In this document: one piece after another, positions 11,755 through 25,320 of the stretch
Numbering within the stretch: position 1 is the first letter of the stretch
Layout of the letters: every line of letters starts with the position of its first letter
Assembly: GCF_006345805.1 (NCBI RefSeq)
Contig: NC_042997.1
Location: 118,482,001-118,546,000 of the forward strand
Source: Octopus sinensis
Taxonomy: Eukaryota
Direction of reading: 5' to 3'
Length of the DNA stretch: 64,000 nucleotides
Translations under genes and position numbers: made by a program
Notes under the pieces: model-generated
Database searches by the model: none
What the model saw: the letters and a program-made list of their open reading frames with translations, nothing else
Told to the model about the DNA's origin: nothing

Positions 11755-12705
11755 AGACTGCAAGAGGAGGAAAACTAACTTAGCCATGTCATGGAACGAT
11801 TACTGTAAAGCGTACGATATGATCCCATATTATTGGATTATGGAATGTATGAATCTATTTGTTATTGCATCGAATGCTGAGCGATTGCTCGGAAAATGTA
11901 TGGCGAAATGGAGGACGGAACTGACAGCATATCGAAGAAGTTTAAGGACAATAGAAATCAGGGGAAGCATCTTCCATGGAGACTGCCTGTCCCTACTGAA
12001 CTTTCTAATGTGCATGATACCACTAACACTGATTCTAAGGAAAGCAATGGCTGGGTAAAAATGAATCCCAAGTCAGTTCCTTCGTTGATACAGTGTATAT
12101 TTTCAGTGCTGATATCAGAATAGCGTTAGGACCGAAAAAGTGTGGTGTGTTAGTCTTGAAGAGAGGCAAAATCAAATGTATGGAGGGGCTAGCGATACCG
12201 TCGGGGGAGGTTATGAAGCATATAGAAGAGACGGGCTATAAGTACTTGGGGATATTGGAAATAGATGAATTGATAGAGAAATAAATGACAGAAAAATTTA
12301 AGGATGAGTACTCGCGAAGACTGAGACTGATCCCTAAGTCGAAATTAAACGGACGGAATAAGATTTAAGCTATCAGTACGTGGGCAGAGGTAATCGCATG
12401 GATAGTAGCGAACTAAACAGCTTAGATAGAAAGACAAGGAAGTTGCTGGCTAGATATAGAACAGGCCACCCAAAAAGTGACCCAGACCAACTATATGTAC
12501 CAAGGAAAAGAGGGGAAGAGGACTAAGTGGATTCGAACACAGCTTTAGAGCAGAAGAAAACAACATATCATGGTATGTAGAAAATGTCACAGAACCGCTA
12601 TTTTTGGAAGTAAGAATGTCAGGTTTGTGTAGGATGGAAGATTGCAAAGATAAAGCATTGTACAAGCACTTGAGAATGAATAAAACTGCACAAACAACAT
12701 AAATC
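11755..12705 (+). mobile_element. R4/Dong-like non-LTR RT fragment, decayed
   Basis: WNDYCKAYDMIPYYWI, IFHGDCLSLLNFLMCMIPL, KKCGVLVLKRGK, YKYLGILE, SKLNGRNK. Begins immediately after (AAT)n(AGT)n. Confidence 0.9.
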
Positions 12706-12865
12706 AAGTTGTGTTCGGTGCATTCTGCTGCGTACACCAAGTGGTAATATCTACACGTCCCACCTTCCATGTAAATCATAACATTTCTGATAAGATTCCT
12801 GATCGAACTAACTCTGACTCTTGTTGTTGCACAATGAACAAGGTTTGTCTCTCTTGCTGCTGTTT
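12706..12865 (-). mobile_element. Penelope-like GIY-YIG endonuclease fragment
   Basis: PCSLC followed by GGTCRYYHLVYAAECTEHNLIY, like the Cys-rich linker and first GIY-YIG strand of PLEs. Confidence 0.5.
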
Positions 12866-12904
12866 TTCAAGGTATAGTGTGCAGAAACTCCAATGCTAGT
12901 TTTC

Positions 12905-13140
12905 TTGGAGTCAGATGCAGAGCGAAACACCTAAGCTCCAGGCGACTCCAGCAGAAGGTAATGGCGAACTTCTGCTGACTCTTTCGCCACAAAATTCTCT
13001 CACTCTTTCCTCCAGCATCTACCAACTCACCTGCGACTGACCAGCCTCCCGTTTAGGTGGGGAACCTATACGATAATGAAACCGGGAAACCAGCCATTAT
13101 GAGCCAAGCATGACTCGAGAAGAAGCAAACAACAACAATA
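12905..13140 (+). mobile_element. SINE family B core plus distinct tail ending in (CAA)n
   Basis: GCGAAACACCTAAGCTCC..TCGCCACAA..CTCTCACTC core, then GGGGAACCTATA..GAAACCGGGAAACC..CAAACAACAACAA. Confidence 0.7.
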
Positions 13141-13184
13141 AACAAAGGCTACAATAGGTGGCTGTGGAGATATGTGTTTGAAAC

Positions 13185-13601
13185 TACTCTTTACTATTTA
13201 CTCCTTTACTTTTTTACTTGTTTCAGTCAATTGACTGCGGCCATGCTGGAGCACCGCATTTAGTCGTGCAAATCGACCCCCAGAACTTATTCTCTGTAAG
13301 CCTAGTACTTATTCTATCGGTCTCTTTTGCTGAACCGCTAAGTTACGGGGACGTAAACACACCAGCATCGGTTGTCAAGCGATGTTGGGTGGACAAACAC
13401 AGACAAGCAAACATATACACACATACATATATATACATATATATGACGGACTTCTTTCAGTTTCTGTTTACCAAATCCACTCATAAGGCTTTGGTTGCCG
13501 AGGCTATAGAAGACACTGGCCCACGGTGCCACGCAATGGAACTGAACCCAGAACCATGTGGTTGGTAAGCAAGCTACTTACCACTCAGCCACTCCTGCGC
13601 C
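13185..13601 (-). mobile_element. Full-length SINE family A
   Basis: tRNA-like head at 13601, internal CA/TA microsatellite, tail GCGGTGCTCCAGCATGGCCGCAGTCAATTGACTGAAACAAG. Confidence 0.92.
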
Positions 13602-13699
13602 TAGAATATTTTTCTGCAACATGCTCGTAACTTTTATGTAACACTTTTGAAATGCCTGTGAAATTTCAGTGCCAGTTAATCACTAAAGGAATTCTGTCA

Positions 13700-14562
13700 C
13701 TTATTGTACTTTGCTAGAATTATGCCTGATCGTTTGACTTACTTTGCTAAAGTTAGCTATGTCATTTGCAGTTTTCTTTAATCGTGATACCTTGTAACCG
13801 CATTTGACATAACGATGTACAAATACATTTGCATGTTTCTTGTAATCCCTTATATCAGTACAAATTCGTTTTATCCTCAAAAATTGAGATTTCGGATTTG
13901 ACCGAAATATATAATGTGGATGACCGGAGCAGCGGTGGATGTAAATGTGGGATGACGTAAGCTTGCAAACTAACTCTGTCACTACTCTGTCTCCAGAAAA
14001 CTTGTGTCCCAAAATTCAACGCTAGTTTTTGAAAAACTAAACTCCAGCAGAAGGTAATGTCGAAATCCTACTGACTCTCTCGCCACAACTTTGTATCACT
14101 CTTTCCTCCTGCATCTAGCCGCTCACCTGCGGCAGACGTAAATTTTGTGTTGGACTTACATCCATAGTTTTTAACGTAACAGTCACAGAAATGCAGGAAA
14201 TCAATTAACGTATCCTGTGATCTGTCCCAGTCAATAAAGGCCTCATCACTAAACCGTAGCCTGAGTACTGATGCATGACCATGTAGGGATTTGAATGTCT
14301 TCAGTAACTGCGTCTCGAATTTTGTCATGAAGACATTAGCAAAATAAACTGCCATGGGAGTGCCCTTGGCACAATCCCTTGTCTGGTGGTAAAATTTTTG
14401 TCCAAACTTCATTGTGTTATTTTGTAACACAGAACCTAAACAGCCTACAGAGAAAATTAGATAGAATACATTTGTTTGGCTGTTTTTCTACCCCTTCATC
14501 GTGGTCAATATTGGGATATAAGGAAGAAAGACCCATGGTTACCAAAACACAGTTTTCGACAT
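13700..14562 (-). mobile_element. Penelope-like RT, 3' part (motif 3 to thumb), with a short SINE B insert at ~14040-14135
   Basis: LVTMGLSSLYPNIDHDEG; LQNNTMKFGQKFYHQTRDCAKGTPMAVYFANVFM; RFSDEAFIDW; CSGHPHYIFRSNPKSQFLRIKRIC. Confidence 0.88.
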
Positions 14563-14878
14563 TATGGACAGGAACTTGACAAAATGATAGTGAAAATGAA
14601 GGAAAACAATTTCATTAATAACCCCAAATTCAGGACTTAAAGGTTAGAAAGAAGACTTGTATTTTATGGTCTGCCTAAAATACAAAAACATTGGAAAAAT
14701 GTCTTCCAATGCGCCCAATTTGCAGCGAGTATGAATGTTGTACAGCCAAAATTTCGGAGTGGCTGGATGTCTTTTTATTCCCTGTCATAAAAAGATCAAG
14801 TTCCTATATTCGAGAGACTTTTGATTTTGTGTCTCGAATCAAACAACAATTTTAAGCACCGAAGCCATGTCGAAAACT
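14563..14878 (+). mobile_element. Penelope-like RT, 5' part, inverted relative to 13700-14562
   Basis: FYGLPKIQK, LPMRPICS, CTAKISEWLDVFLFP, SYIRETFDF. Confidence 0.85.
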
Positions 14879-14956
14879 TTCCGAACGTAACTGATTGAAA
14901 GTGTTATCATGTACATGATTTGCCTTCGTACAAAAGATGGTCTGCAGTAAGTATTC

Positions 14957-15132
14957 TGAGAGAAAGTTGTGGTGAAAGAGTAGAGCAGGGTTCGCCACCA
15001 CCCTGCCTGAGCCTCGTAGAGCTTTAAGTGTTTTCGCTCAATAAACCCTCACAACGCCTGGTCTGGGAATCGAAACTGCGATCCTACGACCGCAAGTCCG
15101 CTGCCGCAACCACTGGGTCTGTGCGCCTCCAC
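14957..15132 (-). mobile_element. SINE family B head and core
   Basis: Reverse complement of the family B head/core. Confidence 0.8.
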
Positions 15133-16005
15133 AGACAGACAGATATATATTCTTTACGTGGATGAGGTTTGTGATTAATTTATTCTCTAAGCAATTCTAT
15201 TTTTGTAAGCCAACCAGTGTATTATCGTCTTCAATGACTTAATGTTTCTCGCATCATTTCATCGGCAATTACCGTGAAGTTTAATAACATCAAAACATGT
15301 CTGAATTGTTTCCCTTGCAGAAATAATTAAAATATTCTCTTACTCTCACTGCTTATGTATTTCTAGTTAGGTTTTGCTTTTCTTTTAAACTCTCGTTGCA
15401 TACAATATCTTCAAACATCTTTTGTTTTTAATCTCAATGGTGTCTGTGTAATTTATATTCTGAACAATAATATAATTGTAATCCAGTCAGTGTATATTTT
15501 ATAAATGATTTTACCGGATCTTCTTTCACCGCTTTGGCAACTACTGTAAAATATCTGTTTCACTAATGAGTTCATAGAAATATAAAAACTGCCGAGTTTT
15601 ATCTCGTACTTAGAGTAACGATACAAATAATATTATTCCATCGTTAATATTATTTTTACTCAGAACATAAATATTTCGTCGTATATTTTGATATATCTCA
15701 TATTAGGTGTATTATCTCAGTTCTACTATTTTGTTTTTGTGCTTAGATAATCTCTGAATAATTTATTCATTAAATAGTAATTATGTATATTTTCGACAAC
15801 AAACAGTATACACTATTCGTTTTTTCACTATACATTATAATTCCTTTTCCCACGCCAGTGAATATCAATTATTCTACTATCACTATGGTAAGTTGGAGGA
15901 AGTCTACACTACACTCATAGGATCAAGACTAAAAACTCAGAGATAAGACTAAAACTCGAGATTTTCTATCCAAGGGGTTTTAACCTACTTACCCTATTAT
16001 ATATA

Positions 16006-16385
16006 GTGGATGCGCAATGGCCCAGTGTTTAGGGCAGTGGACCCGCAGTCGTAGGATCGCAGTTTCGGTTCCCAGACCTGGCGTTGTGAGTGTTTATTGA
16101 GCAAAAACACCTAAAGTTCCACGGCACGGGTTCCGGCAGGGGATGGTGGCGAACCTTGCTGTACTCTTTCATCACAACTTTCTCTCACTCTTTCTTCTTG
16201 TTTCTGTTGTACCTGTATTTCAAAGGGCCGGCCTTGGCACACTCTGTGTCACGCTGAATCTCCCTGAGAACTACGATAAGTGTACAGGTATTTGCGGAGT
16301 GCTCAGCCACTTGCACTTCACAAGCAGGCTGTTACGTTCATCGGATCAGCTGGAACTCTCGTCGTCGCAACCGACAGAGTGCCAC
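16006..16385 (+). mobile_element. Full-length SINE family B (third tail type)
   Basis: GTGGATGCGCAATGGCCCAGTG head, shared core, tail GAATCTCCCTGAGAACTACG..CCGACAGAGTGCCAC. Confidence 0.82.
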
Positions 16386-17744
16386 CAATTATATATAGCT
16401 TTATCTATTAAGTTATGAATACCCAAATTGTGAAGTCAGTTATGCAATAACATGAAATCAGTTACCCGATAGTAAGAATTCAAATAAAGTAGTCCCCAAA
16501 AGGGAATTAATCCTTTCCCAGAGTATATAGAACATTGGAGGAAATACTAATAATGTATACTAAAATCGTGAAACATGTTTCGTAATAACTGACAAATCAG
16601 ATATGAGATAATAACAATTCAAAGTTAATAACTCTGAAAAGGGATTTTGTGCGTTTACAGAGAATATTACCCTCAGGGGAGCTAGTGTTGGTATATTCGT
16701 GAATAATTCACTAACCGAAATAAGTGGATCTATTGTTTAGGAAAATACTATTTACTTGTTTAAGGGTTGTACAGGATAAATAGCAAAAATAACTCTAACA
16801 AATGCTAACAAATAAGCATACTCAATTTCTTTTTTACCAAATTATTTAGGAAAATGAATGGGTTATTCCCCTTCACTTTATAAGAAGATCTCTTCCAGAG
16901 GCAAATGGGTTATTTCCCTTGGCTTGTAAAATAAAATATATTATATATATATATATAAGGATCCCTTCCAGGGAGCCAATTATCGATTTTTCAACAATCT
17001 GAGTATGCCACGAGGTTTCCAGACATCAGTTCTACTCACCTGTCAGGTTTAATCAAAATCGATTAAACGATTCAGCAAGGAGTGAGCTAACAACTCCACA
17101 AACATACCCTCACAAATTTCACAAACATGTAGTAGATTTAGAAGTTTATGTAGCGTAATGCACTAACGACTTGTATTTGGATATTTCTTACTGCTTCCTG
17201 AAATAATATTTGAACGATTATATTCGTCCTTTACTTTCCTCTTTATTCATGAAAAAGGAATTTAGTGTATACAACCAGTAACACCTGATTATGGATATTA
17301 TGATTAGGTCTTAAGATTTAACTAGCTTCTCAATATTAAGCAAGACGCTTCACAGAATATTTAGAAATAAGTTTAGCATTTACAAGCATAATTAATATTT
17401 ATAAAATAAGAACACATTTAAAAACTGATGCTGTCGTTCTAAGTTCAACCTACTTTATAAAGTCTTTCATTCACACGCTCATACACTTAAATGAAGTTTA
17501 TATTAGCTTTATATATTGTAAAGTTTCATTTTCTTGATGAATTCATCTATAATAATTTTGTTAAAGAAAGGAAAAATAGACAGGGTCTTTGATTTGCTTA
17601 TGCTTTATTTCTGGTAAATAACTGTAGTTAGTGCCTGGGAGGGTACAAACACACTTTCACTGCGTTTAGAACATGAAGGAATCATTAGAAAAATTAGAAG
17701 TATTTCTTGTAAACACTCTCAACGAATCATAGCTGATAAAAGAC

Positions 17745-18300
17745 ACGCACACATGCACACACACACATGCACACACACACACACGCACGCACGCACACGA
17801 ACACAAACACGCACAAACATTCACACATACATACACACAAACACACACACTCAAACACACATATATGCATACACACCTAAGCATATATGTAGAAGTACAA
17901 ACGTATATGTAAATAAATATATATATATACACATACATACATATATATAGGTACATGTATATTTATGTATATATGTGTATATATACATATATATACATAT
18001 GCACACATAATCATATCTGTAGAAGTACAGATATATATATATGTGTGTGTGTATATATATATATATGTATGTATGAATAAATATATATATATACACATAC
18101 ACACATGTATATATATATCCCATCTCCTTGTTTATATATGTTTAAGTATATATATATATATATATGTGTATGTATATGTATATATGCATATATACACATA
18201 CATACATATATATAGGTACATGTATATTTATGTATATATGTGTATATACATATATGTATAACACACACTCGCACACACACACACTCACGCATGTATACAA
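17745..18300. repeat. CA/TA/TACA compound microsatellite
   Basis: Direct reading. Confidence 0.92.
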
Positions 18301-18702
18301 ACAAAGAAGATCTATGATATGAGATGGAATTATCAAAAGCGCCTATTTAACTGTGGGCCTGAACACCTAGAAAAAGCGATACTTATGTGATGAAACGACG
18401 AACACACACACACGTACACACACACGCAGGCGCGTGCGGGGTTACAGTAAATATTTCTTGAAAACTATATGAAGGTTTGTTGAAAACGAAGATAATTAAA
18501 CCTATGGGAAGCCTTATTATACGACAATTCAACAACGAATAACTGAACACCCTATTTGTAATGGACGGTATTATTTTCAGCCCGTTGGAGTAATTCGAGA
18601 ATGAATTAGCTCATTGTGCGCCATTCAAGTGAAATTTGTAAGAAGACAAACAAGTAAACAGGAAGTATATTTTTTCAAGTTCAGATATACGGATAGGTAT
18701 AT

Positions 18703-18970
18703 GGCGCAGGCGTGGCTGTTTGGATAGGTGCAGGCGTAACTATTTGGATAGGAGTAGGCGTGGCTGTGTGGTAAGAAGCCTCTCTGTGTTTAGCCCCCTG
18801 GGTTCAGTCCTCTCTGTGTTTAGCACCCTGTGGGTAGTAAAAAAATAGGTATTTCGCCCGTCTTTACGTTCTGATTTCAAATTGTGCCGAGGTCGACTGT
18901 GCCTTTCATCCTTTCGGGGTCACTTAAGTACCAGAAGTCGATGTAATCGACCTAATCTCCTCCCCTAAAA
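18703..18970 (+). mobile_element. Chimeric SINE: triplicated family A head fused to family C linker and core
   Basis: GGCGCAGGCGTGGCTGT-like unit three times, then CCTCTCTGTGTTTAGC (twice) and GAGGTCGACTGTGCCTTTCATCCTTTCGGGGTC. Confidence 0.65.
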
Positions 18971-18997
18971 TTGATGCAATTGTCGGAAAAATTTGAA

Positions 18998-19030
<33 letters not shown>

Positions 19031-19039
19031 GCTGTCAAT

Positions 19040-19580
19040 AATAATAGTGATTCTGTGGGACTTTCCAGTACATACAGACCGAACCATCAAAACCAATAAA
19101 CCGGATATTGTTGTGAAAGACTTAAACAGTAAAGTTTGCTTATTGATCAACATGAGCATCCCCTGTGATCATAATATCTCGGCGAAAGAATTTGACAAGC
19201 TCAGAAAATATAAAGACCTGCTCATTGAAATTGAGAAAATGTATCATCTGAAGGCGGTTACAATACCAGTGATTATAGGAGCACTAGGAATGATCAAGAA
19301 GGGAACCGAAAATTATATGAGAATGATCCCTGGCTTACCATCCCTGCAAAAGATTGTCTTAACTGGTACATCACTCGTATTGAGAAGAGCATTGTCGATG
19401 TGAGAACTATTACTACCCATGTATTTTAATTTAACTTTATTTCTATAAAAAAAAATGAACGAACTAGTGAGTTTAGTTTAATGGCCTACTAATGTATACT
19501 ATGAGTTTCTTTGCCCTAGGAGTCGGGAAGACACTCGGCAAGAAATGGAAGTAAATTTGAAAGAAGAAGACAAACCCATA
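19040..19580 (+). mobile_element. 5'-truncated R4/Dong-like element: near-intact REL domain plus 3' UTR
   Basis: ORF 19047-19403: ILWDFPVHTDRTIKTNKPDIVV..SIPCDHNISAKEFDKLRKYKDL..IPVIIGALG..LRRALSM. (AAT)n on both sides. Confidence 0.9.
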
Positions 19581-20489
19581 AATAATAATAGTAATAATAA
19601 TTGTTATTATTGTATTAAAACTCACAGCTTATATTGCTGGGTATGACGGAAAGGCTCAGCTGTCCACAGCCAACAGACTAAGGTGAAATTTGTTTTACTG
19701 GTCATGCTTCTAGTCTGTTCTTAGGTTCTCAACTCAAATGCCACCGAGGTCGGAGTCGATTGAATAAGTACCGGCTGGCTTTAATATACTCGGCTATCCT
19801 ACCTCCCGAAATCCCAGAATTTGTGCCTATATCAGAAAGGATCATTATTGCTATTCAGGTGCTTATTTGGCACAATCATAAGAGATTTTTTTCAAGGGTT
19901 TCTTTACTTTCTGAGTTCTTATCACTCCTACATCAACTTCGCCCTTGATCTCTTCAAAATCGACGAAATACTCTACACTCAATTAGTAAGTCCGACTCTA
20001 GCATTGACCTCCTTCATCTCAAAGCTGGTTGTGTTTTACGTATATGAGACTCGAGTATTTTACCCAGCTCCTGTAGTTCTCATCAACGTTGTGCAACTGT
20101 AATTATATCTAAGGTTACACATCAAATTGGAACTACGAGCGTAAGGAATATTTCACGTTTGACGAGCTTCGTGTTTGAAAGCAAATTCATCGTCAAGACA
20201 AGAAGGAAATAAGATCTATCAACATCAATAACCATTCCAGTTGTGGCGTTCTATTCTCAATGTCATTAATTAGAAATTGAAATACTATCCTACGGGATGT
20301 ATTAACTTCAAGATATATTCACTTGTACAAAGCTGTAAAACTATTGACAGCTCTATGTTCTCAACTAATATTTAATTGAAACGTAATTTTATTCCCTTCC
20401 ACCATTTTCATTTTAAACTTGTTGGAGTTAAAATGATAGTTGTTATTGTTCTTCTTGTTCGTTTTCAATTTTTTCCCTCCTCCTCCAAT

Positions 20490-20537
<48 letters not shown>

Positions 20538-20730
20538 CACTACTACTACTACTACTACTACTCTACTACTACTACTACTACTAATACTACTACTACTACG
20601 TCTACAGGCATGGAAAATCAACAAGACAGTGTGGCCTGTCCCAGATGCAAGCAGTGCGACGTTCGTCCAGAGTCCGAAGATTATATGTTTATATGCATAC
20701 ATACATACACACACACACACATACATACAT

Positions 20731-20790
<60 letters not shown>

Positions 20791-20943
20791 GCATACACAT
20801 ACATATATATACATATATATATAATATATATATATGCATACATTTATATATGCATATACATACATACATACATATATATATTATAAATATACATACATAT
20901 ATGCATACATACACGCACACACACACATATATATATATACATA
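20490..20943. repeat. (TAC)n and CA/TA microsatellites
   Basis: Direct reading. Confidence 0.9.
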
Positions 20944-21296
20944 CAGTGATACCTCGTAGTACGAATTTGCTCGTTTTACAAGTCAGTTTTTCCCATGGAA
21001 ATTAATTAACTGATAATTAATCCGTTCCAGCGTCACAAAACCACTAAAAAATAAATTTCTATGGGTTTTTAAAACAGGAAAGTTGTAGTTACAAGTAATA
21101 TTTTCTCCTCTTTATAAAAAAAGAGAATGCAAAATGAATATGTAAACTGGTTTTATAAATTACCCTAAAGGTGGGACGGCTTGCGTGCTCGTACTGTGGT
21201 GTCCCGCTCGTACTTCAAGACAAAAATTCCGACGAGTCTTGGTTCGTACAGCAAATTACTCGTACAATGGTGCACTCGTACTGCGAAGATCGACTA

Positions 21297-21298
<2 letters not shown>
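20944..21298. mobile_element. Tigger/pogo-like MITE, right end degenerate
   Basis: TA|CAGTGATACCTCGTAGTACG left terminus, repeated CTCGTAC motifs near the right end, TA context. Confidence 0.5.
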
Positions 21299-21365
<67 letters not shown>

Positions 21366-21624
21366 AGAACAACATACAAGAAAACATCTTTTCTCTCAAT
21401 CAATAAAGTTAGTTAGATGCTAAAGGAACATGGAAGAGATAACTGTTAAAAATTTTTGAATACTGTACATTTTTATATTCTAGAAATATAGAGCATGACA
21501 AATTATGCATAACTGAAAAAATAAGGAGGAAAAACAAAAAATAAAAAAAATATAATTCTTGTGCAAGCAACCACACGAATTAGCTTACATACTTCCCATT
21601 GACTGACTGGAAGTTAGAAGGGGC

Positions 21625-22055
21625 AGGGAATCATGGGCCCGGGGGATTTCCAAGATATAGCACCACAGATTATCACAGATCCTCCTCCATGTTTAACAAT
21701 TGAAAGAAGGCCGTCTGGGCCAAATGCTTCTTTTGGCTGTCTCCACACGTACACCCGGCCAGTGGTCGGAAATAAGGTAAAGGATGATTCGTCCGAGAAA
21801 ATAACATTCTTCTACTGCTCTAGGGACGAATTCTGTAGGTTTTTACTCCACTATAAACACTTTGCATCGTTTGTTCTTGCAGGTAGTGGTTTTCTGATTG
21901 CAGCCCTCCCGTGAAATCCGGCTTTGTGCAGCTTCCAGCGAACAGTTTTTGTGGAAACTGGATTCTCGAGGTGGTCATTAAGCTCTACAGTAATTATAGG
22001 AGCTGTGGTTTTGCGATCCTTTCTAACAATTGGTGTAAGAATTCAACGGTCCCTA
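21625..22055 (-). pseudogene. Tc1-family transposase fragment
   Basis: Minus-strand translation: IVRKDRKTTAPII..VSTKTVR..GFHGRAAIRKP..VIFSDESSFTLF..GRVYVWRQPKE..VKHGGGSVII.GAISW. Confidence 0.9.
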
Positions 22056-22639
22056 TCTGGTATACACACACACTAGTTCGTATACAGACACAGTAACAGG
22101 GAAAAATAATACACACTTACAATAATAAATGATAGACACATTCTGAGCATTCACACGCGCGCACACACACACATCCACAGACTAAAAACTTACATACATA
22201 TACATACACACTGTACCAAGTATTTTATAGACTTGTACAAAACACAAGCTGAGACACAGGTTTACGAATTATATTAGGAATGTGCAGATGTATGCGTGCG
22301 AGCACGGACAGAAATCTCACTTATTGTAATATGAGTGAGCATGTGTATGCGTATGTGTGTGTAGATATGTTTAACATACAGCTATGTGTAGCCATTTGTT
22401 GAGTGTGTTCGGGGCCGCTCGTTTGTTTGTGTGTTTGTGCGTCTATGTGCGAAGACAAGCTTGCCTAAAGAATATGTGACTGCATAGCATATGTGTGTGT
22501 GTGTCTGTGTGTGTGTTTGCATGCGAGTGGGATGTATCGATAATGTCCAAGTGGTATGTTTATATATATATATGTACACACACACACACACGCATTCATA
22601 TGTAAGCGTGTATATATGTATGTATGTACATATATGTAT

Positions 22640-22658
22640 ATGTATCTGTATCTGAATG

Positions 22659-22695
<37 letters not shown>

Positions 22696-22696
22696 A

Positions 22697-22761
<65 letters not shown>

Positions 22762-22799
22762 GCCTATCTGTCTATCTCTGTCTCTTCTTCTCTCCCTCA

Positions 22800-22837
<38 letters not shown>

Positions 22838-22865
22838 ACACACACACACGTATATATATATATAT
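22640..22865. repeat. (ATCT)n and (CA)n microsatellites
   Basis: Direct reading. Confidence 0.95.
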
Positions 22866-24068
22866 AAAAAATTTAATATTGCAACGTAACCAGATTTGGA
22901 GCATATAATCACAGTTTACTAGTAATTTCTTATTTCATATTTTATGGTGACCTGCAGGTGAATAACATCGTAATAGCATTAGAAAGAATCAGTAAGAAAT
23001 GAGATTACTATTGTAACCAATGAATTTGTGTGGTTCCCAGCTTTCCTGGCCAATGACTTAAGCAACCGTTAAGTAGTGTAACTATGTAGCATGTTATATT
23101 TAGTGTTAGTCTATGAGTGAAAGGAGTTTACATTACCGACGTTCATGAAACAGACAAATTGAAGACCAGAAGACTTCTGAAATGAAGCTGGATGCCATTA
23201 ATAATTTTCTCCACTGCAGGTGGAATGCCTGAAATTTGGTATCAGGAGTCTTGTCGCTTATATCGACCGCAGTTCTTGACTGGTGCTTATCTAATTGAAT
23301 CCGATAGTATAAAAGTCAAAGTCGACTCCGTCAGGATTGGAACTCGAAGACTAAAGCCTGACGGAATGCCGTCATATGCATTTTGTCCGCGTAGTAACGA
23401 TTCTGTAAACGTGCAGTCTAAAAGTGTCCTTAGTTTAGCTATTTTTACTATGGACACAGGGCTTGGAGTTTTGGATTAGTTACTTAATTTATGGACTCTG
23501 AAAGGATGAAAGGCAAAGTTAATTTCGGTGGAATTTGTACTCAAAACTTAGGAGGAAATACCGCTAAGCATGTTGGCCGACCTGGTAAAGACTTCTTCAG
23601 CGCGTTGTCTAAAAATAATGTACACCTTAATAATCATTGGTCTGTAATTTTCAATAAAATAATTCTCATTAAAATCATTTCCAGCGTCAATTCCAAAGTC
23701 TAGGATTATTTTTTTCGATTGAAATGTTTCACTCTTTCCTATACTGAAGTTATCCAAATATTTGCTCACTGAAATTTTTCTGTATTGTGGCTACCAATGC
23801 ATTTCACGTTTGTCCATTGTAAATACAGCTTGTTTTATAAATGCTTATGTTGCATTCAATAGTTTACGTAAGGTTCTTGCATTTACAAGTAATTTCAGGA
23901 TTGGGATATAAGGTTGTACGGGATTTTGACTATAATTTGGCGCCAGTATGAGTGTACTTACAAATACTACATCGACTATTACTCCTAAATCTATTCCGGT
24001 CCTCATTCTGGTGAGATTTTGTTAGGGTTAATAGTCGCCTTGCATATATACATACATACATATGCGTG

Positions 24069-24109
<41 letters not shown>

Positions 24110-24274
24110 ATATATATATAGAGAGAGAGAGGGGGGGGATAGGTAGATAGATAGATAAATAATAGATCGATAGAGAGGGAAGGAGGGGAAAGAAAGAAAG
24201 GAGTTTTAATTTACAATTTGACAACAACAGTGTATGTTCATGTGTATGAATGTGTGTGTGTACGTATCTATATC

Positions 24275-24356
<82 letters not shown>

Positions 24357-24369
24357 CCCCTCCCTCTCT

Positions 24370-24411
<42 letters not shown>

Positions 24412-24413
<2 letters not shown>

Positions 24414-24540
24414 GAATGTTCTTTATGTTGCCTGTCTCGTTTCTCTATTTGTTTCTTTCGTTGTACGAAAAACGTTCTTTTCCAATGTGTTTGTTCTCGT
24501 TTCTCATTTTATTGACGTTTTTTTGATGTCCTGTACCTAC
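24412..24540 (+). mobile_element. Fragment of an unclassified TA-associated repeat also present at 52645-52930 (opposite strand)
   Basis: GGGAAT.TTC..TGTCTCGTTTCT..ACGTTTTTTTGATGTCCTGTACC matches the reverse complement of 52645-52785. Confidence 0.6.
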
Positions 24541-24555
24541 ATATACACATATGCA

Positions 24556-24595
<40 letters not shown>

Positions 24596-24664
24596 CACAT
24601 ACATATATATATATATACATATTTATATATATATATATATGTAGGTATGTACATATATACATAC

Positions 24665-24714
<50 letters not shown>

Positions 24715-25241
24715 GTATGTATATATATATATACATATATATATAGCTTATATGTATGCATGCATTTATGCGTATAGATGATTGAATATAAGATGATTAA
24801 ATATATCAGTAGGCTGGTTCATTTTCTTTTCTTTGTGTTAAACTGCAGTGTTTTTACTCTAGACGTTTACTGGATATTACTTGACATGGAATATATAATC
24901 ATATAAAAGAGTAGATTATTATTATCATCATTATTATTATTATTACTATTATTATTATTATTATTATTAGTAGTAGTAGTAGTAGTAGTAGTAGTTGTAG
25001 TAGTAGTATTTTGTCGGGCGCCTGTCTGTATAAGTAAGATTCTGGTAAGTCATGAGGTGAATGCTAATCTCATGCTTGAGTAAGCAAGGCATAAATCATA
25101 GACTTTGTTTACTACGCCAAGCTGGTCAATGCACAGCGACTCTCTCATAAACACTGATTCAATTTTTACAGCTGCAAATATAATCACATACTTGTGCGCA
25201 GAATTCGTATTTAACACACGCACAAACACACATATACATGC

Positions 25242-25320
<79 letters not shown>

